The notes beneath the pieces are model-generated. The model had not been told where the DNA came from. It was given only the letters and a program-made list of their open reading frames with translations, and did no database searches. The position numbers and the translations under genes are program-made. A DNA stretch of 63,629 nt, the filler included. It is 5 parts of 5 records of this genome, joined end to end, with 100 filler letters (N's around TTAATTAATTAA, not from the genome) between each part and the next. Parts side by side here need not be neighbours in the genome. Positions count along the whole stretch, not along the records: positions 1 to 14,733 come from SRR31156797_14370; 4 more parts are not named here. One strand, given 5' to 3'. Shown here piece after piece: positions 1-12,599 of this stretch (position 1 is its first letter; each line of letters opens with the position of its first letter).

Positions 1-170
1 AAACTGGCGGTTTTTCTTGCAAGAATAAAAGCTAACGCTCTACATCTTTAATATGTCGTTCACTCTATCTGAAGAGTGAGTATATATCGTATTTTCATTT
101 TAAAGATAATTCAATTCTTTTTCTTAATCTCGTTTTATAATAATGTTTCTGGTTTAAACTGGAGAAAAAC

Positions 171-1025
171 CTATTTTTCCAAATCATCCAACCTTCTTAA
201 TAAAGTTTCTCTCAGGTTATCTAAAAACCTCGTTCTGACTGTTTTCCTTTCCTGGATGTCTTTAAAAGAACGGTAAATATCATCCAGTTTAATATTAAAC
301 ATTTTTTCAAAAGTATTGGCAATTTCAATGAAACCAACTTGCCCGTTATTAATAACTTTTGTGTAATACAAGGCATAAATCAGCTCGACTGCTGCAATAT
401 GAGGCCCGGTCCAATCCAGTTTCGAAGTAGCTTCTTTTTGCTTTTTATCATTCAATGCATGAATTGGGTTAGTTTTAAGCTTTTCTATCTCGTTACCAAT
501 ATATTTCTTAAGCTGCTCATAGGCAATAATTCTGGCCAGTGTCTGATCGAATCCTGTCGAAAATTCGGGATCAATGTGGTTTATTATGCTATCTATATGA
601 ATACGGGTATCGGTGTTTCCCCTTATAAAATAGATATGGTCCGAAAATGTCTTTTCTCTTTTGTAATACTGGTAAAATTCTTTATTATCTTTTAGGTACT
701 TACAGTATTTTTGCAGCACGTCCCTTAAATATCTAATCTGATCTGTTGTATCCGATTCCGGCCGGTGTGTTTCAATGTTAAACACCTCAGTATGAAAAAT
801 GAACTTACTGTTTACTTTAGGTTTTATGTATTTAAAGAAATAAATCTCTTCCTTTTCATTTTTAAAACCTTCACTTATAACCTTTTCACGAAATTCAAGA
901 ATAACCTTGTTACAAAGCCCCATTGCTTTTTCAGTCAGTTCTATAAAATTTCGAGTCCTGATTTTTAAACAAGAAAGTTCATTTTCCAGTTTTCTGAGTA
1001 TTTCATTGAATGTTTGGGTATTCAT
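171..1025 (-). CDS. rteC: RteC-domain protein (regulator of excision of Bacteroidota conjugative transposons)
   Basis: 284 aa with RteC-type motifs F.NEKEEIYFFK.IKP, FYQYYK, LDWTG..IA.VELIYAL and C-terminal IYRSF.DIQERK..RTRFLD.L. Confidence 0.85.
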   Translation of the reverse strand: MNTQTFNEILRKLENELSCLKIRTRNFIELTEKAMGLCNKVILEFREKVISEGFKNEKEEIYFFKYIKPKVNSKFIFHTEVFNIETHRPESDTTDQIRYLRDVLQKYCKYLKDNKEFYQYYKREKTFSDHIYFIRGNTDTRIHIDSIINHIDPEFSTGFDQTLARIIAYEQLKKYIGNEIEKLKTNPIHALNDKKQKEATSKLDWTGPHIAAVELIYALYYTKVINNGQVGFIEIANTFEKMFNIKLDDIYRSFKDIQERKTVRTRFLDNLRETLLRRLDDLEK

Positions 1026-1351
1026 GATTTTGTGCCTTTAATATATTTATACCGTCTATTTAATTTTGTGCTATAGTACTGTATAAATATGGGGTTATAC
1101 AATATAACCTATTTCATATAAATTGATATTTTAATTAATGTTATTTGTTAAAATAAAAGAACATTTACAGTATTTACAAATCACTCTACAATTTAGTAAT
1201 GTGCCAAACATTAGTATTTAATTTCTCATTTTGGATAAAATTTGTTTTTAAATGAGATATACACATTTACCAATTTATTCGAATAATTTTAACTATTTCT
1301 CTTCAAAATTCCATTTTATAAAGAATTCATAAGTATATCAATTGATTAAGT

Positions 1352-2977
1352 TTAATTTTCAGAGAGTTTGTCAAAAAGTAAAAAACGGTCACGGTTTTGT
1401 TCTATTTCCTCCCTTGTATTTACATTAATATGCATAAATGGTGATGGTTGACCACCTTTCACAGTTGACCAGACTGGGAGACCAATTCCATTGGGATTAC
1501 CTGTCTTTATAAAATTAGCAAAATAAGCTTGCATAATTTCAGAGACTTTAAAATCTTCTGGTTGCCAATCAAAAACCCTATTCGAAGGCAGATTACCTAA
1601 AGCATACTCGATTTCAGCTGAGTGAACCGCTCCAAATGCTAATGGAGCTTTTTGTACTGTTGAGTCTTTTATTACTCCTCCAGCAAGACCAGCAACAACA
1701 TTCCCCATCTCTGCTCGTATAGCAGGGCGAGGACGTGAGTAATAATATCGATACACAGGGCTACCAACTGTTTTTGCATGCAAATCTGCCCATTTCCAAG
1801 TACAAAATCCATTAAAGTTATCAGATGCCAGATCTGTTGCTACTTTTTCTACTTCCTTATCGGAAGAAGGATTATATAATTTAAGAATCTCAGAAGCATT
1901 TTCCTTGTATGTATTTTGAACTGCATTAATAAAATTTTCCCTGGTTAACTCCTCTTGTCCCATTAAATATCTCAAACTCGATTCTTGTGAGTTCCACCCT
2001 ACTAACAAAGGAACATTTGCCTGTCTACCAGACTCATATATTACTTCAGGTTTTTGAGGAAAGAAATATCCATCAACTGTATATTTAAAAGAACCAACAG
2101 CTCTATTTGTTGTTAAATCCAATAATTTTGTTGCGGAAATTTCACGCATTTCTTTGATGGATTTTACTCCTGCAACCTTAGTAAATTCAAGACCTCTCTT
2201 TTCTGCTTCAGCAAACGGAATAGGCTCATGTCTTCTAAGAAAGGATCCACTTTCACCAATTGCCCCTGCGATAAGATTTTTAGATAATGGAGAAACCATT
2301 TGTGAAATTACAGATAAAGAACCAGCAGACTCGCCTGCTATAGTTACCCTATTTGGATCTCCACCAAAAGCAGCAATATTCTGGTTTATCCATTTTAAGG
2401 CTGCAGCCTGATCCAGCAGCCCATAGTTACCAGAAGCATTATGTGGTGACTCTTTTGTGAGTTCTGGATGTGCCATAAAACCAAAAAGACCGAGACGATA
2501 ATTAACTGTTACAGACACTATACCCTTACGAGCCATACTTTCGCCATCGTAGCGAGGCTCAGATCCATCACCAGCGATATAACCACCACCATAAAAGTAA
2601 ACTAATACTGGAAGTTTTTTATTTGATACTTTTAATGGTGCCCATACATTTAAATAAAGACAATCCTCACTCATTCCATCGGAGCGGAAATTCATATCAC
2701 CAAATACAGACAGCTGCATAGGGCGAGGTCCAAAATTATTGGCTTTGCGCGCACCTTCCCAATTAGTCATAGGTTGTGGTTCTTTCCATCTCAAATTACC
2801 CGTTGGAGGTGCTGCATAAGGAATTCCCTTAAAAGTTAGTATTCCTGAATCGTTAATACCTTCCAAAATACCGTTAACGGTTTCTACTTGTGGTAATTTA
2901 TTATTTTTGTTTGATTGCATACAGGCAGAAACTATTATAAGAGTAATTAATAATAAAAAAACAGAGTTTTTAATCAT
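1352..2977 (-). CDS. Carboxylesterase type B (para-nitrobenzyl esterase-like), predicted lipoprotein
   Basis: FKGIPYAAPP.G.LRW, SEDCLYLNVW, GESAG nucleophile elbow, HSAEI His motif. Start moved to ATG 2977 (MIKNS...VSAC lipobox); the ORF track starts at 3010. Confidence 0.9.
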   Translation of the reverse strand: MIKNSVFLLLITLIIVSACMQSNKNNKLPQVETVNGILEGINDSGILTFKGIPYAAPPTGNLRWKEPQPMTNWEGARKANNFGPRPMQLSVFGDMNFRSDGMSEDCLYLNVWAPLKVSNKKLPVLVYFYGGGYIAGDGSEPRYDGESMARKGIVSVTVNYRLGLFGFMAHPELTKESPHNASGNYGLLDQAAALKWINQNIAAFGGDPNRVTIAGESAGSLSVISQMVSPLSKNLIAGAIGESGSFLRRHEPIPFAEAEKRGLEFTKVAGVKSIKEMREISATKLLDLTTNRAVGSFKYTVDGYFFPQKPEVIYESGRQANVPLLVGWNSQESSLRYLMGQEELTRENFINAVQNTYKENASEILKLYNPSSDKEVEKVATDLASDNFNGFCTWKWADLHAKTVGSPVYRYYYSRPRPAIRAEMGNVVAGLAGGVIKDSTVQKAPLAFGAVHSAEIEYALGNLPSNRVFDWQPEDFKVSEIMQAYFANFIKTGNPNGIGLPVWSTVKGGQPSPFMHINVNTREEIEQNRDRFLLFDKLSEN

Positions 2978-3414
2978 GATATATATTTTATTGTAAATTT
3001 TAAACCACATACATAGTGGCGATTATAAATAAATAGACATAAACCATTTCATACATAAATATATTTTAGGTATTAAGTCTTGTTAATTTTTTGATGTTCT
3101 CCCTATATGATATGCATATCGATTATTGAAATGAGAACAAATGATAATATTGGAAATGAAGTCCTAACTATTATTATCACCACATAATCAATAAAGAAAA
3201 ATGCATCAACATTGATTTTGGTGAAGATAAAGTCAATGAATATAAAATATCAAAAAAGGTTAGAACGAATAGTTTAACAACTACGCATTAACTTACGACC
3301 GATTAACATTACTTTCAACAAATCTTTTCATATAATGAATACGATTCATCGTTCATTAAATCAAAGGTTGATTTTAATAAATAACCATATCCTTCACTCT
3401 GAATCAATAATTAA

Positions 3415-4566
<1,152 letters not shown>

Positions 4567-4601
4567 TTAATTTGATTTTTTTGAGTACTTAATGTTAATT
4601 T

Positions 4602-5753
<1,152 letters not shown>

Positions 5754-5784
5754 TTACGTAAAACTTTTATTTGATTGAAGAGAG

Positions 5785-5812
5785 CCGGGCTTTTAGTTGC
5801 CCGGATCTTTTT
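5785..5812. terminator. Intergenic stem-loop between amidohydrolase and esterase genes
   Basis: CCGGGC-ttttagtt-GCCCGG stem with flanking purine and T tracts. Confidence 0.45.
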
Positions 5813-5837
5813 CAGAAACCTAACTAAACATTAACCT

Positions 5838-6851
5838 CTATGGAATATTTTTAGATTTTTCTTTAGGCCATTCAAAATAATCTTTTCCTAAGCGGAAAAA
5901 GCGTGCAGCATTATTAAAAAGAATATCTCTTTTTTGATCCTCTGACAAGAATTGGGCATGTTCTATTACTCCCATTGATGTTTCTATCATTCTTGGCCAT
6001 TTCATAAAATCAGTTCCATACATAATTCTTTTACCAAATCCTGCCTGAACGAGTCTTTTAATATAATTTTGCACGTCGTCAAGTGGGTAACTCCAAATCA
6101 TACCTGAAATATCAACATACACGTATGCATGCGCTCCCATAAGAGCAATCATATGCTCCAACATTGGATAACCAGCATGCATTACATATACTTTTAACTT
6201 AGGATGTCGAGCCAACAAATCTTCCAACAAAAATGGATCTCCTAATGAAGCTCGATACCTTGAATTTGTAATATTAGCCATTCCGTTACCGCCTGTTCCC
6301 ATATGTATTCCAGCAGGAATATTTAATTCTTCAGCAACTGCAAAATAAGGATCAAGTGACATATCGCTAGGCGAAAGCCCCTGATATTGTGGTGCTACCT
6401 CAGCCATAACTTTATAGAAACCACTTTCCAACGAATCGCGAAATTGCTCAACAGTAAGTCTTCCTGGGCTTATCCCAGGAATAATCCTCCCTTCAGGAAC
6501 TTCTTTCATCCAGCTTCTAATCACACCCGGATCACCAAAAGCTATCATGGTCAAATTCATATTTTTGATTCGATGAACAATTTCACTTTTTAATTCTTCA
6601 TCGCTTGTCGCTGCCGGAAGAGGATCCAGACAATCGTTGTTTGCAAATGCCCTTCTATCTAATTCATCATTAGGATCAGCACCTGGCATATTACTTAAAA
6701 ACCAAGGGCACAATGGCTGTGAACCAGGTCTTATTTTTGATACATGAACATGTACATCGAAGGTAGGCAGTTGTATAACTCTTTCAGTTTGTTGTGCACT
6801 TAAATGAAAAAATATGCATGTAGAAAGAATAAATATAAAAATAATCTTCAT
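5838..6851 (-). CDS. Secreted amidohydrolase family (Amidohydro_2) metallo-hydrolase
   Basis: Signal peptide; DVHVH metal motif, GIHMG, VMHAG, YVDISG, RIMYGTD, ILFNNAARF. Confidence 0.85.
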   Translation of the reverse strand: MKIIFIFILSTCIFFHLSAQQTERVIQLPTFDVHVHVSKIRPGSQPLCPWFLSNMPGADPNDELDRRAFANNDCLDPLPAATSDEELKSEIVHRIKNMNLTMIAFGDPGVIRSWMKEVPEGRIIPGISPGRLTVEQFRDSLESGFYKVMAEVAPQYQGLSPSDMSLDPYFAVAEELNIPAGIHMGTGGNGMANITNSRYRASLGDPFLLEDLLARHPKLKVYVMHAGYPMLEHMIALMGAHAYVYVDISGMIWSYPLDDVQNYIKRLVQAGFGKRIMYGTDFMKWPRMIETSMGVIEHAQFLSEDQKRDILFNNAARFFRLGKDYFEWPKEKSKNIP

Positions 6852-7414
6852 TTGTTTTTAATTTTTTAAAACTATTTCATTTTGTATTATTTACTTCTCT
6901 GATTTTTTTCTCGAAAACAATTTTTAATAAAAAGTTGAATACAATTAAGATCAGAAATTTAGTTTTACATAAATTTATAGTTTGTTTAAACAATATTATA
7001 CCTGTAACAAATTCAATTCTTTATTTTAGAGCATGGACAAAATCGTTATCTCAATACGTGAAGAACAAGTTAATTACTGCTAATCCTTTTACATGTTTTA
7101 TTGAAATTACATGAAGTTATAATTAGCTTACAGTCTATGAACTTTACTCATTTTGTATTTGCATTAGGTTTAAATGTAAAGTTCCATCCTTTCTTTTAAA
7201 TATTAACTGTAGCTATTAAATGATAGCAATATGAAATGGAATTGCATTTTAAGAAGTTTAATATTTATAAATTAACATTTCTTCAACTAGCTTACTTTCT
7301 TTTAATAAGATAATCCGGTTAAACTATTGAAACCTATTTACAACGAAATAAACTTCTATGTTGATAATAAAAGAACTTGCGAACCACGTTTAATTTAGTG
7401 AAACATTCATTTTC

Positions 7415-7476
7415 AAAATCAGGATTAATCCTACAAAATAAAAGTTCTAGATTCTGCAAAATTAATCCTTGATTTT
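7415..7476. terminator. Long inverted repeat immediately downstream of susD
   Basis: AAAATCAGGATTAAT ... ATTAATCCTTGATTTT, starting 3 nt after the susD stop. Confidence 0.5.
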
Positions 7477-7479
7477 ATT

Positions 7480-9069
7480 CTAATATCCAGGATTTTGTTG
7501 TCCTTCCATAGCAGTATTAACGGTCATTTCATATTCAGGAATAGGCAGTAATTCATTTTTGCCCTGTTCGTAACCAGCCCCTTCTGGCTCATAAAAACCA
7601 CCCGAGCCATTAGGTACTTGTTTCCCCTGGTTTTTTAATGCCTCAAATGCATCACCCCAGCGTTGTAAGTCAAGATAGCGATGACCTTCGAAAGCCAATT
7701 CAAGTTTTCTTTCCAGCTTGATATCTTCAAACAGATCGTTACCGGTAGATGTTACTGGCTCCAACTCAACTCTCGATCTTACGATATTCAGGTATGTTTT
7801 TGCTTTATCATCATCTCCGCTTCTATTGTATGCTTCAGCAGCCATTAAAAGGACATCTGCATAACGGATCATTCGAATATTTGTTCCATTATTTTTAATT
7901 TTCGTGAATGCATCAGCTCCATTTCCTTCTGACAGATATTGAAGATATTTAAGTCTAATATAACCATCAGAACCGTATGGGACAAAACCTGCAGGGGTTT
8001 GGTATTTTCCACCAAGAGCTTCAAGTTCCTCTGGACCAATAATAGTTGAAGCCATTCGAACAATATCTTCTGCATTAATATATGAATCGTACATTTCCCT
8101 TCGAGGATTTACAAATCCCCACCCCCATGGATATAAATCTAAAGCAGCATAAACCATTGTAGGTAAATATTCCGGACGTGGACTCATCATATGTCCTAAA
8201 ACCCCTCCCAAATTTGAGTGTGGCCCATAATTTGAATTTGAATTTAATGTTGAAACAAAAGCTAATTCCCATATAGATTCAACACCATATTCACTTTCTT
8301 TTCTTAATACTTTTGAAAAATCTGAATACAAATCATATTCGCCTGAATCAATTAATAATTGAAATACAGAAGCAGCTTCTGTATATTTTTCCTGATACAA
8401 ATAATGCTTACCCAGCATAGCCTGTACAGAACCCTTATTTAATAACTGAGAATATGAAGCTGGCATTTGAGTACGAACTGGCAATGCAGCAATAGCTTCT
8501 GTAAAATCCTTTTCAATTTGTGCATTTATTTCAGCCATAGATGTACGGGGTTGATTGTATTCATCTGCGCTAAGTTCGTGAAGAACCAGTGGAACTTCTC
8601 CCCACATATTTGATAAGTAGAAATATGCATAAGCTCTTAATGCTTTGGCCATTCCTATAAACATGGCTTTATTTTCAGTATCAACTTCTGAGAAATCAAT
8701 TACAAGATTTGCCCTATTAATACAGTTATACATCCACGAATAATATGATCTAATTGGACTCGTAGTTGGTGAAAAACGGTATTCATTTATTTCTTCCATC
8801 ATGCCTGCGTTATCGCCTCTGGCACCACCACCTGCATACGATTCATCAGACAATCCGTTATGCATATACAAAAACCGTCCTCCCGCACCTGACTGCCATT
8901 CATTATAAACAGCCATTAGCGCTTCAAAAACCTGATCGTCGGTTTGATAAAATGATTCTACAGTTTGGACACCTCTTTGTGAGTAATCGAGAAACTCATC
9001 AGAACATCCAAAAGTGAAAAGAACGAATAAAATAAATACCTTCGAAAAGTTATATATTGTAGTTTTCAT
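7480..9069 (-). CDS. susD: RagB/SusD family nutrient-binding outer membrane lipoprotein
   Basis: Lipobox TFGC, AKALRAYAYF.L...WGEVPL, IRYADVLLMAAEA, ERKLELAFEGHRY.DL.RWG, QNPGY end; directly downstream of susC. Confidence 0.95.
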   Translation of the reverse strand: MKTTIYNFSKVFILFVLFTFGCSDEFLDYSQRGVQTVESFYQTDDQVFEALMAVYNEWQSGAGGRFLYMHNGLSDESYAGGGARGDNAGMMEEINEYRFSPTTSPIRSYYSWMYNCINRANLVIDFSEVDTENKAMFIGMAKALRAYAYFYLSNMWGEVPLVLHELSADEYNQPRTSMAEINAQIEKDFTEAIAALPVRTQMPASYSQLLNKGSVQAMLGKHYLYQEKYTEAASVFQLLIDSGEYDLYSDFSKVLRKESEYGVESIWELAFVSTLNSNSNYGPHSNLGGVLGHMMSPRPEYLPTMVYAALDLYPWGWGFVNPRREMYDSYINAEDIVRMASTIIGPEELEALGGKYQTPAGFVPYGSDGYIRLKYLQYLSEGNGADAFTKIKNNGTNIRMIRYADVLLMAAEAYNRSGDDDKAKTYLNIVRSRVELEPVTSTGNDLFEDIKLERKLELAFEGHRYLDLQRWGDAFEALKNQGKQVPNGSGGFYEPEGAGYEQGKNELLPIPEYEMTVNTAMEGQQNPGY

Positions 9070-9090
9070 TTTTTAATATTTAAGTGTTAA

Positions 9091-12000
9091 TTAAAATGAG
9101 ATATTTGCTCCAAACAGATAAGTTCTGGTGAAAGGATACATCCCTCTGTCGATACCAAGACTATTTACCGAAGATGCCCCTACTTCAGGATCAACACCAG
9201 GGTAACTTGTAAACGTATGCAGATTTTCAACTGAAACATACAACCTCATATTTGAAATTCTGGCCCTGCTAACTAAATTCTTAGGAAGAGTATATCCAAG
9301 CTGAAGTTGTTTTATTTTCAGGTAATCTCCATCAAATATCAATAAATCACTATGCCATGCATTTGATTCTGTATGAGCTGCAGGCATAGTAGCATCGGTA
9401 TTATTTGGTGTCCAGCGATCGTCGAAATAAACCTGTAATTTATTAAAATTTAAACGGTCGGTTCGAACCATGCCGAACATAACATCGTGTCCTGAAGCAC
9501 CCTGAAGAAATGCTTTTAAATCAAATCCTTTATATGATAAATCAATATTTAAACCGTACATCAATGTTGGAATACCACTACCAATGTATGTTTTATCTTC
9601 AGATGTTACTGTTTTAACTGTTTCACCTTCTCTATTTATATATATTGGATTACCTGTTTCTGGATCGATACCACTTGTTTTATATCCATAGAAATACCAA
9701 ATTGGATTTCCTACATCGAAACGGGTAGCTGTTTCACCATTTATCGAAGCACCTGTTAAATAAGGTTGATTTGGGTTCATATATGTTACTTCATTATGAA
9801 GTGTTGCCAAATTAGCGCTGATACTGTAATTAAAATCACGAATCCGGTTTCTATAACTTAAATCAAATTCAAAACCTCGATTTTCGACATTTCCTGCATT
9901 TACTGTTGTAGCGGAGTTACCTGCAACAAGAGGAGGGGTACCGGTGGTCAACAAGTCTTTTGTTCTTTTTACATAATAATCCACAGAGAAAGAAACTCTA
10001 TCCTGGAAACCACGTAATTCCAATCCAATATCTGTTTGTTCACTGGTTTCCCATTGTAAACTCATATTGCTTAAATTTCCTGGAGCAGTAGCAATACCCA
10101 TATTTACCGATTCAAAAGTTTCGTAATAAGGATATGCACTTCCTGATTCAAGAGGAGAACCATACTGGTACCCACCAAGATTTGACAAACTGCCATTTTG
10201 TCCCCAGCTGGCACGTAACTTAACAAAGGTAACTGGTGTACCTTCCGGGAAGAAGGATTCATTTGAGAGAACCCATCCTGCAGATACGGCCGGATATATC
10301 CCCCAACGCGTACTTACCGGAAGAATATCAGAGCCAGCACCATCGCGTCGTAAACTGACCTGTAATAAGTATTTATTATCGTATTCATAATTAATACGTC
10401 CAAAATATGAAACCTTTCTGGTAATGGTTCTTGAACCTCCAACCTCGTCTGATGGATCAGCTGAAAGAAAATCAAGATCATCATACAACTGGCTATCTGT
10501 TGTTAGCGGGCTACCACTGGCACTTAAATTATTTAATTTTCTTTCATCAGAAGACATTCCTAAAAGAAAGGTCATATTATGCTTATCTATCTTTTTAGTA
10601 TAAATAGCAAAATTTTCCAATTGCCAATAAGTCATCATTCTGGTTGATTCGCTAACACTTGATTGTAAATTATTCCTTTGAGCATCATAATAATATACAG
10701 GAAAATAATTATGATTGCGTGATCCCAAAATTGTACCTCCAAAACGACTAGTAATATTCAACCCTTTAATGGGAGAAAATTCCATAAAAACGTTACCCAA
10801 TAAATTGTTTCTTTCATTCAAAGGAAAATCTGCATCTCTGGTAACAAATGGATTTGCAGTACTGGTTACATATTTCGAAACACCATATATTCTTCCTTGC
10901 TCGTCTTTAAGAAAATTAAACCCGGAATCGATGTTATTTTGTACAATATCAGAAATCTCACTATCGTTTCCATATACTACCGGAGTTAAGGGATCAAGCA
11001 TCATCGCACTGGTAATCACTGAAGAATATTCACTGTTCTCTGCTACCGACTTCAAACTTGTTTTTGAGAAAGTAATATTGTGCCCAACTTTCAACCAGTC
11101 GTTAATTCTATAATCGGAATTAAACATCAGAGTATACCTTTTGAAATTATCTTTATCTCCAACTACAACACCATCCTGATCGAGATAAGAAGCTGACATC
11201 ATAAATGAACCTCTCTCACTTCCGCCAGTAAATGATAAATAGTGTTTTTTAGTTGGTGAAGGTTCAAAAATAGCATCCTGCCAGTCAGTATCATAAGGAT
11301 CACTTAATGCGGATTCTGGTAATGTACCTGCTTCAGTCATGTAAGTTTTATAATCCGCAGCATTCAATATTTCTACTTTTCGGGCCTGAGCTTGAATACT
11401 ATGTTGATATTCGTATGTAATCTTTCCTTTTCCATCTGCACCAGTTTTTGTTGTAACTAAAACAACACCATTGGCTCCTTCTGCACCATAAATAGCAGCA
11501 GAAGCGGCATCTTTTAAAACTTCAATATTTTCAATGTCATTCGGATCAATGGAACCTAAATTTTCTACTTTTGTTCCGTTTACAATATATATAGGCTCAG
11601 AAGAACGATTTGAGCCATACCCCCTGACACGAATTTTCATACTCGCACCAGGAGCACCTGAATTCTGAATTACCTGAACCCCTGAAGTTCGTCCTTGCAA
11701 AGCCTGTTCTGCACGCGAAAATGATTGATTTTGCAGGTCTTCTGATTTCACACTTGAAATAGAACCAGTAACTACACTTTTCTTCTGCACACCATACCCT
11801 ATTGCAACAACTTCCTCAATACCAATGGTTTCTTCAACTAAAGTAATATTAATTACTGTTTGTTGTCCCACAGTAATTTCTTGGGTTTTCATCCCAACAA
11901 ATGAAAATTGAAGTATTGCATTAGAAGAAATTCCAGATAAAGTGTAATTTCCTTCAAAATCAGTTATTACCCCATTGGTAGTCTCTTTAACAATAACTGT

Positions 12001-12462
12001 AACACCTGGGATAGGAGATCCAGAAGAATCAGTAACTTTACCTGAAACAGTTATTTGTTGTGTTGATGAAATATTTGATCCTCTAATTTTTCCAATACTT
12101 TTGCCTTTGACTATAATATGACGATCATATATCTCATAGGTCATATTTGTTCCTATAAAAATATCAGATAAAACATCATCGATTCCCGTATTCTCCTTAT
12201 TTAAATCTACTTTTTGGGTTAAATCAAAGTCACTGCTGTCATAGAAGAATCGAAACTCCGAATTATTTTCAATCTCTTCAAAAACTTCTAATAAAGTAAC
12301 ATTCTTTAGATGTAAAGATAACTTAGTCGTTTGAGAATAAGTTATTGCAGATACCTGCATAAAAGCTAACATGACAAAGAAACATGTAATCTTCATAACT
12401 CTCACTAGTTTAAGCAAATGAGGACTTAAAACATCCCCATTGGTTGTGTTAATTTTTTTCAT
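9091..12462 (-). CDS. susC: SusC/RagA TonB-dependent transporter with N-terminal signalling (STN) extension
   Basis: STN domain (LSLHLKNVTLLEVFEEIE), CarboxypepD-like domain, EEVVAIGYG, plug DIENIEVLKDAASAAIYG, C-terminal F. Confidence 0.97.
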   Translation of the reverse strand: MKKINTTNGDVLSPHLLKLVRVMKITCFFVMLAFMQVSAITYSQTTKLSLHLKNVTLLEVFEEIENNSEFRFFYDSSDFDLTQKVDLNKENTGIDDVLSDIFIGTNMTYEIYDRHIIVKGKSIGKIRGSNISSTQQITVSGKVTDSSGSPIPGVTVIVKETTNGVITDFEGNYTLSGISSNAILQFSFVGMKTQEITVGQQTVINITLVEETIGIEEVVAIGYGVQKKSVVTGSISSVKSEDLQNQSFSRAEQALQGRTSGVQVIQNSGAPGASMKIRVRGYGSNRSSEPIYIVNGTKVENLGSIDPNDIENIEVLKDAASAAIYGAEGANGVVLVTTKTGADGKGKITYEYQHSIQAQARKVEILNAADYKTYMTEAGTLPESALSDPYDTDWQDAIFEPSPTKKHYLSFTGGSERGSFMMSASYLDQDGVVVGDKDNFKRYTLMFNSDYRINDWLKVGHNITFSKTSLKSVAENSEYSSVITSAMMLDPLTPVVYGNDSEISDIVQNNIDSGFNFLKDEQGRIYGVSKYVTSTANPFVTRDADFPLNERNNLLGNVFMEFSPIKGLNITSRFGGTILGSRNHNYFPVYYYDAQRNNLQSSVSESTRMMTYWQLENFAIYTKKIDKHNMTFLLGMSSDERKLNNLSASGSPLTTDSQLYDDLDFLSADPSDEVGGSRTITRKVSYFGRINYEYDNKYLLQVSLRRDGAGSDILPVSTRWGIYPAVSAGWVLSNESFFPEGTPVTFVKLRASWGQNGSLSNLGGYQYGSPLESGSAYPYYETFESVNMGIATAPGNLSNMSLQWETSEQTDIGLELRGFQDRVSFSVDYYVKRTKDLLTTGTPPLVAGNSATTVNAGNVENRGFEFDLSYRNRIRDFNYSISANLATLHNEVTYMNPNQPYLTGASINGETATRFDVGNPIWYFYGYKTSGIDPETGNPIYINREGETVKTVTSEDKTYIGSGIPTLMYGLNIDLSYKGFDLKAFLQGASGHDVMFGMVRTDRLNFNKLQVYFDDRWTPNNTDATMPAAHTESNAWHSDLLIFDGDYLKIKQLQLGYTLPKNLVSRARISNMRLYVSVENLHTFTSYPGVDPEVGASSVNSLGIDRGMYPFTRTYLFGANISF

Positions 12463-12469
12463 AAATTTG
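12440..12469 (+). promoter_or_regulatory. Bacteroidota sigma-A promoter antisense to susC (-33 TTG, -7 TAAATTTG)
   Basis: Exact TAnnTTTG at 12462-12469 overlapping the susC start codon; TTG at 12440-12442, 19 nt upstream. Confidence 0.6.
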
Positions 12470-12471
12470 AC

Positions 12472-12575
12472 TTGTTAATTAAATAATTAAGCAATCTTGC
12501 TTGTTATTGATTCTTAGGGAAATAGGAATTTATTTCCACAGTTAACGGGAGATGTGTGCGCATTTCCCGTTTTTG
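12472..12575 (+). ncRNA. Putative cis-antisense sRNA (~100 nt) in the fecR-susC intergenic region, DonS-like
   Basis: Bracketed by the + strand promoter (12440-12469) and a + strand intrinsic terminator (12544-12575); same position as known Bacteroides PUL antisense sRNAs. Ends are approximate. Confidence 0.5.
12544..12575 (+). terminator. Intrinsic terminator oriented antisense to the PUL
   Basis: AACGGGAGATG-tgtgcg-CATTTCCCGTT hairpin followed by a T tract on the + strand. Confidence 0.7.
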
Positions 12576-12599
12576 TTAGGTTATTTTCACATAGCTATA

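Noticed and set aside
76-276. 66-aa + strand ORF at the window start
   Set aside because: Overlaps the rteC 3' end on the opposite strand and has no recognisable features.
6852-7414. Long AT-rich gap after susD checked for an sRNA, repeat array or pseudogene
   Set aside because: No repeats, no ORF of 60 aa or more, and no motif I can support by eye.
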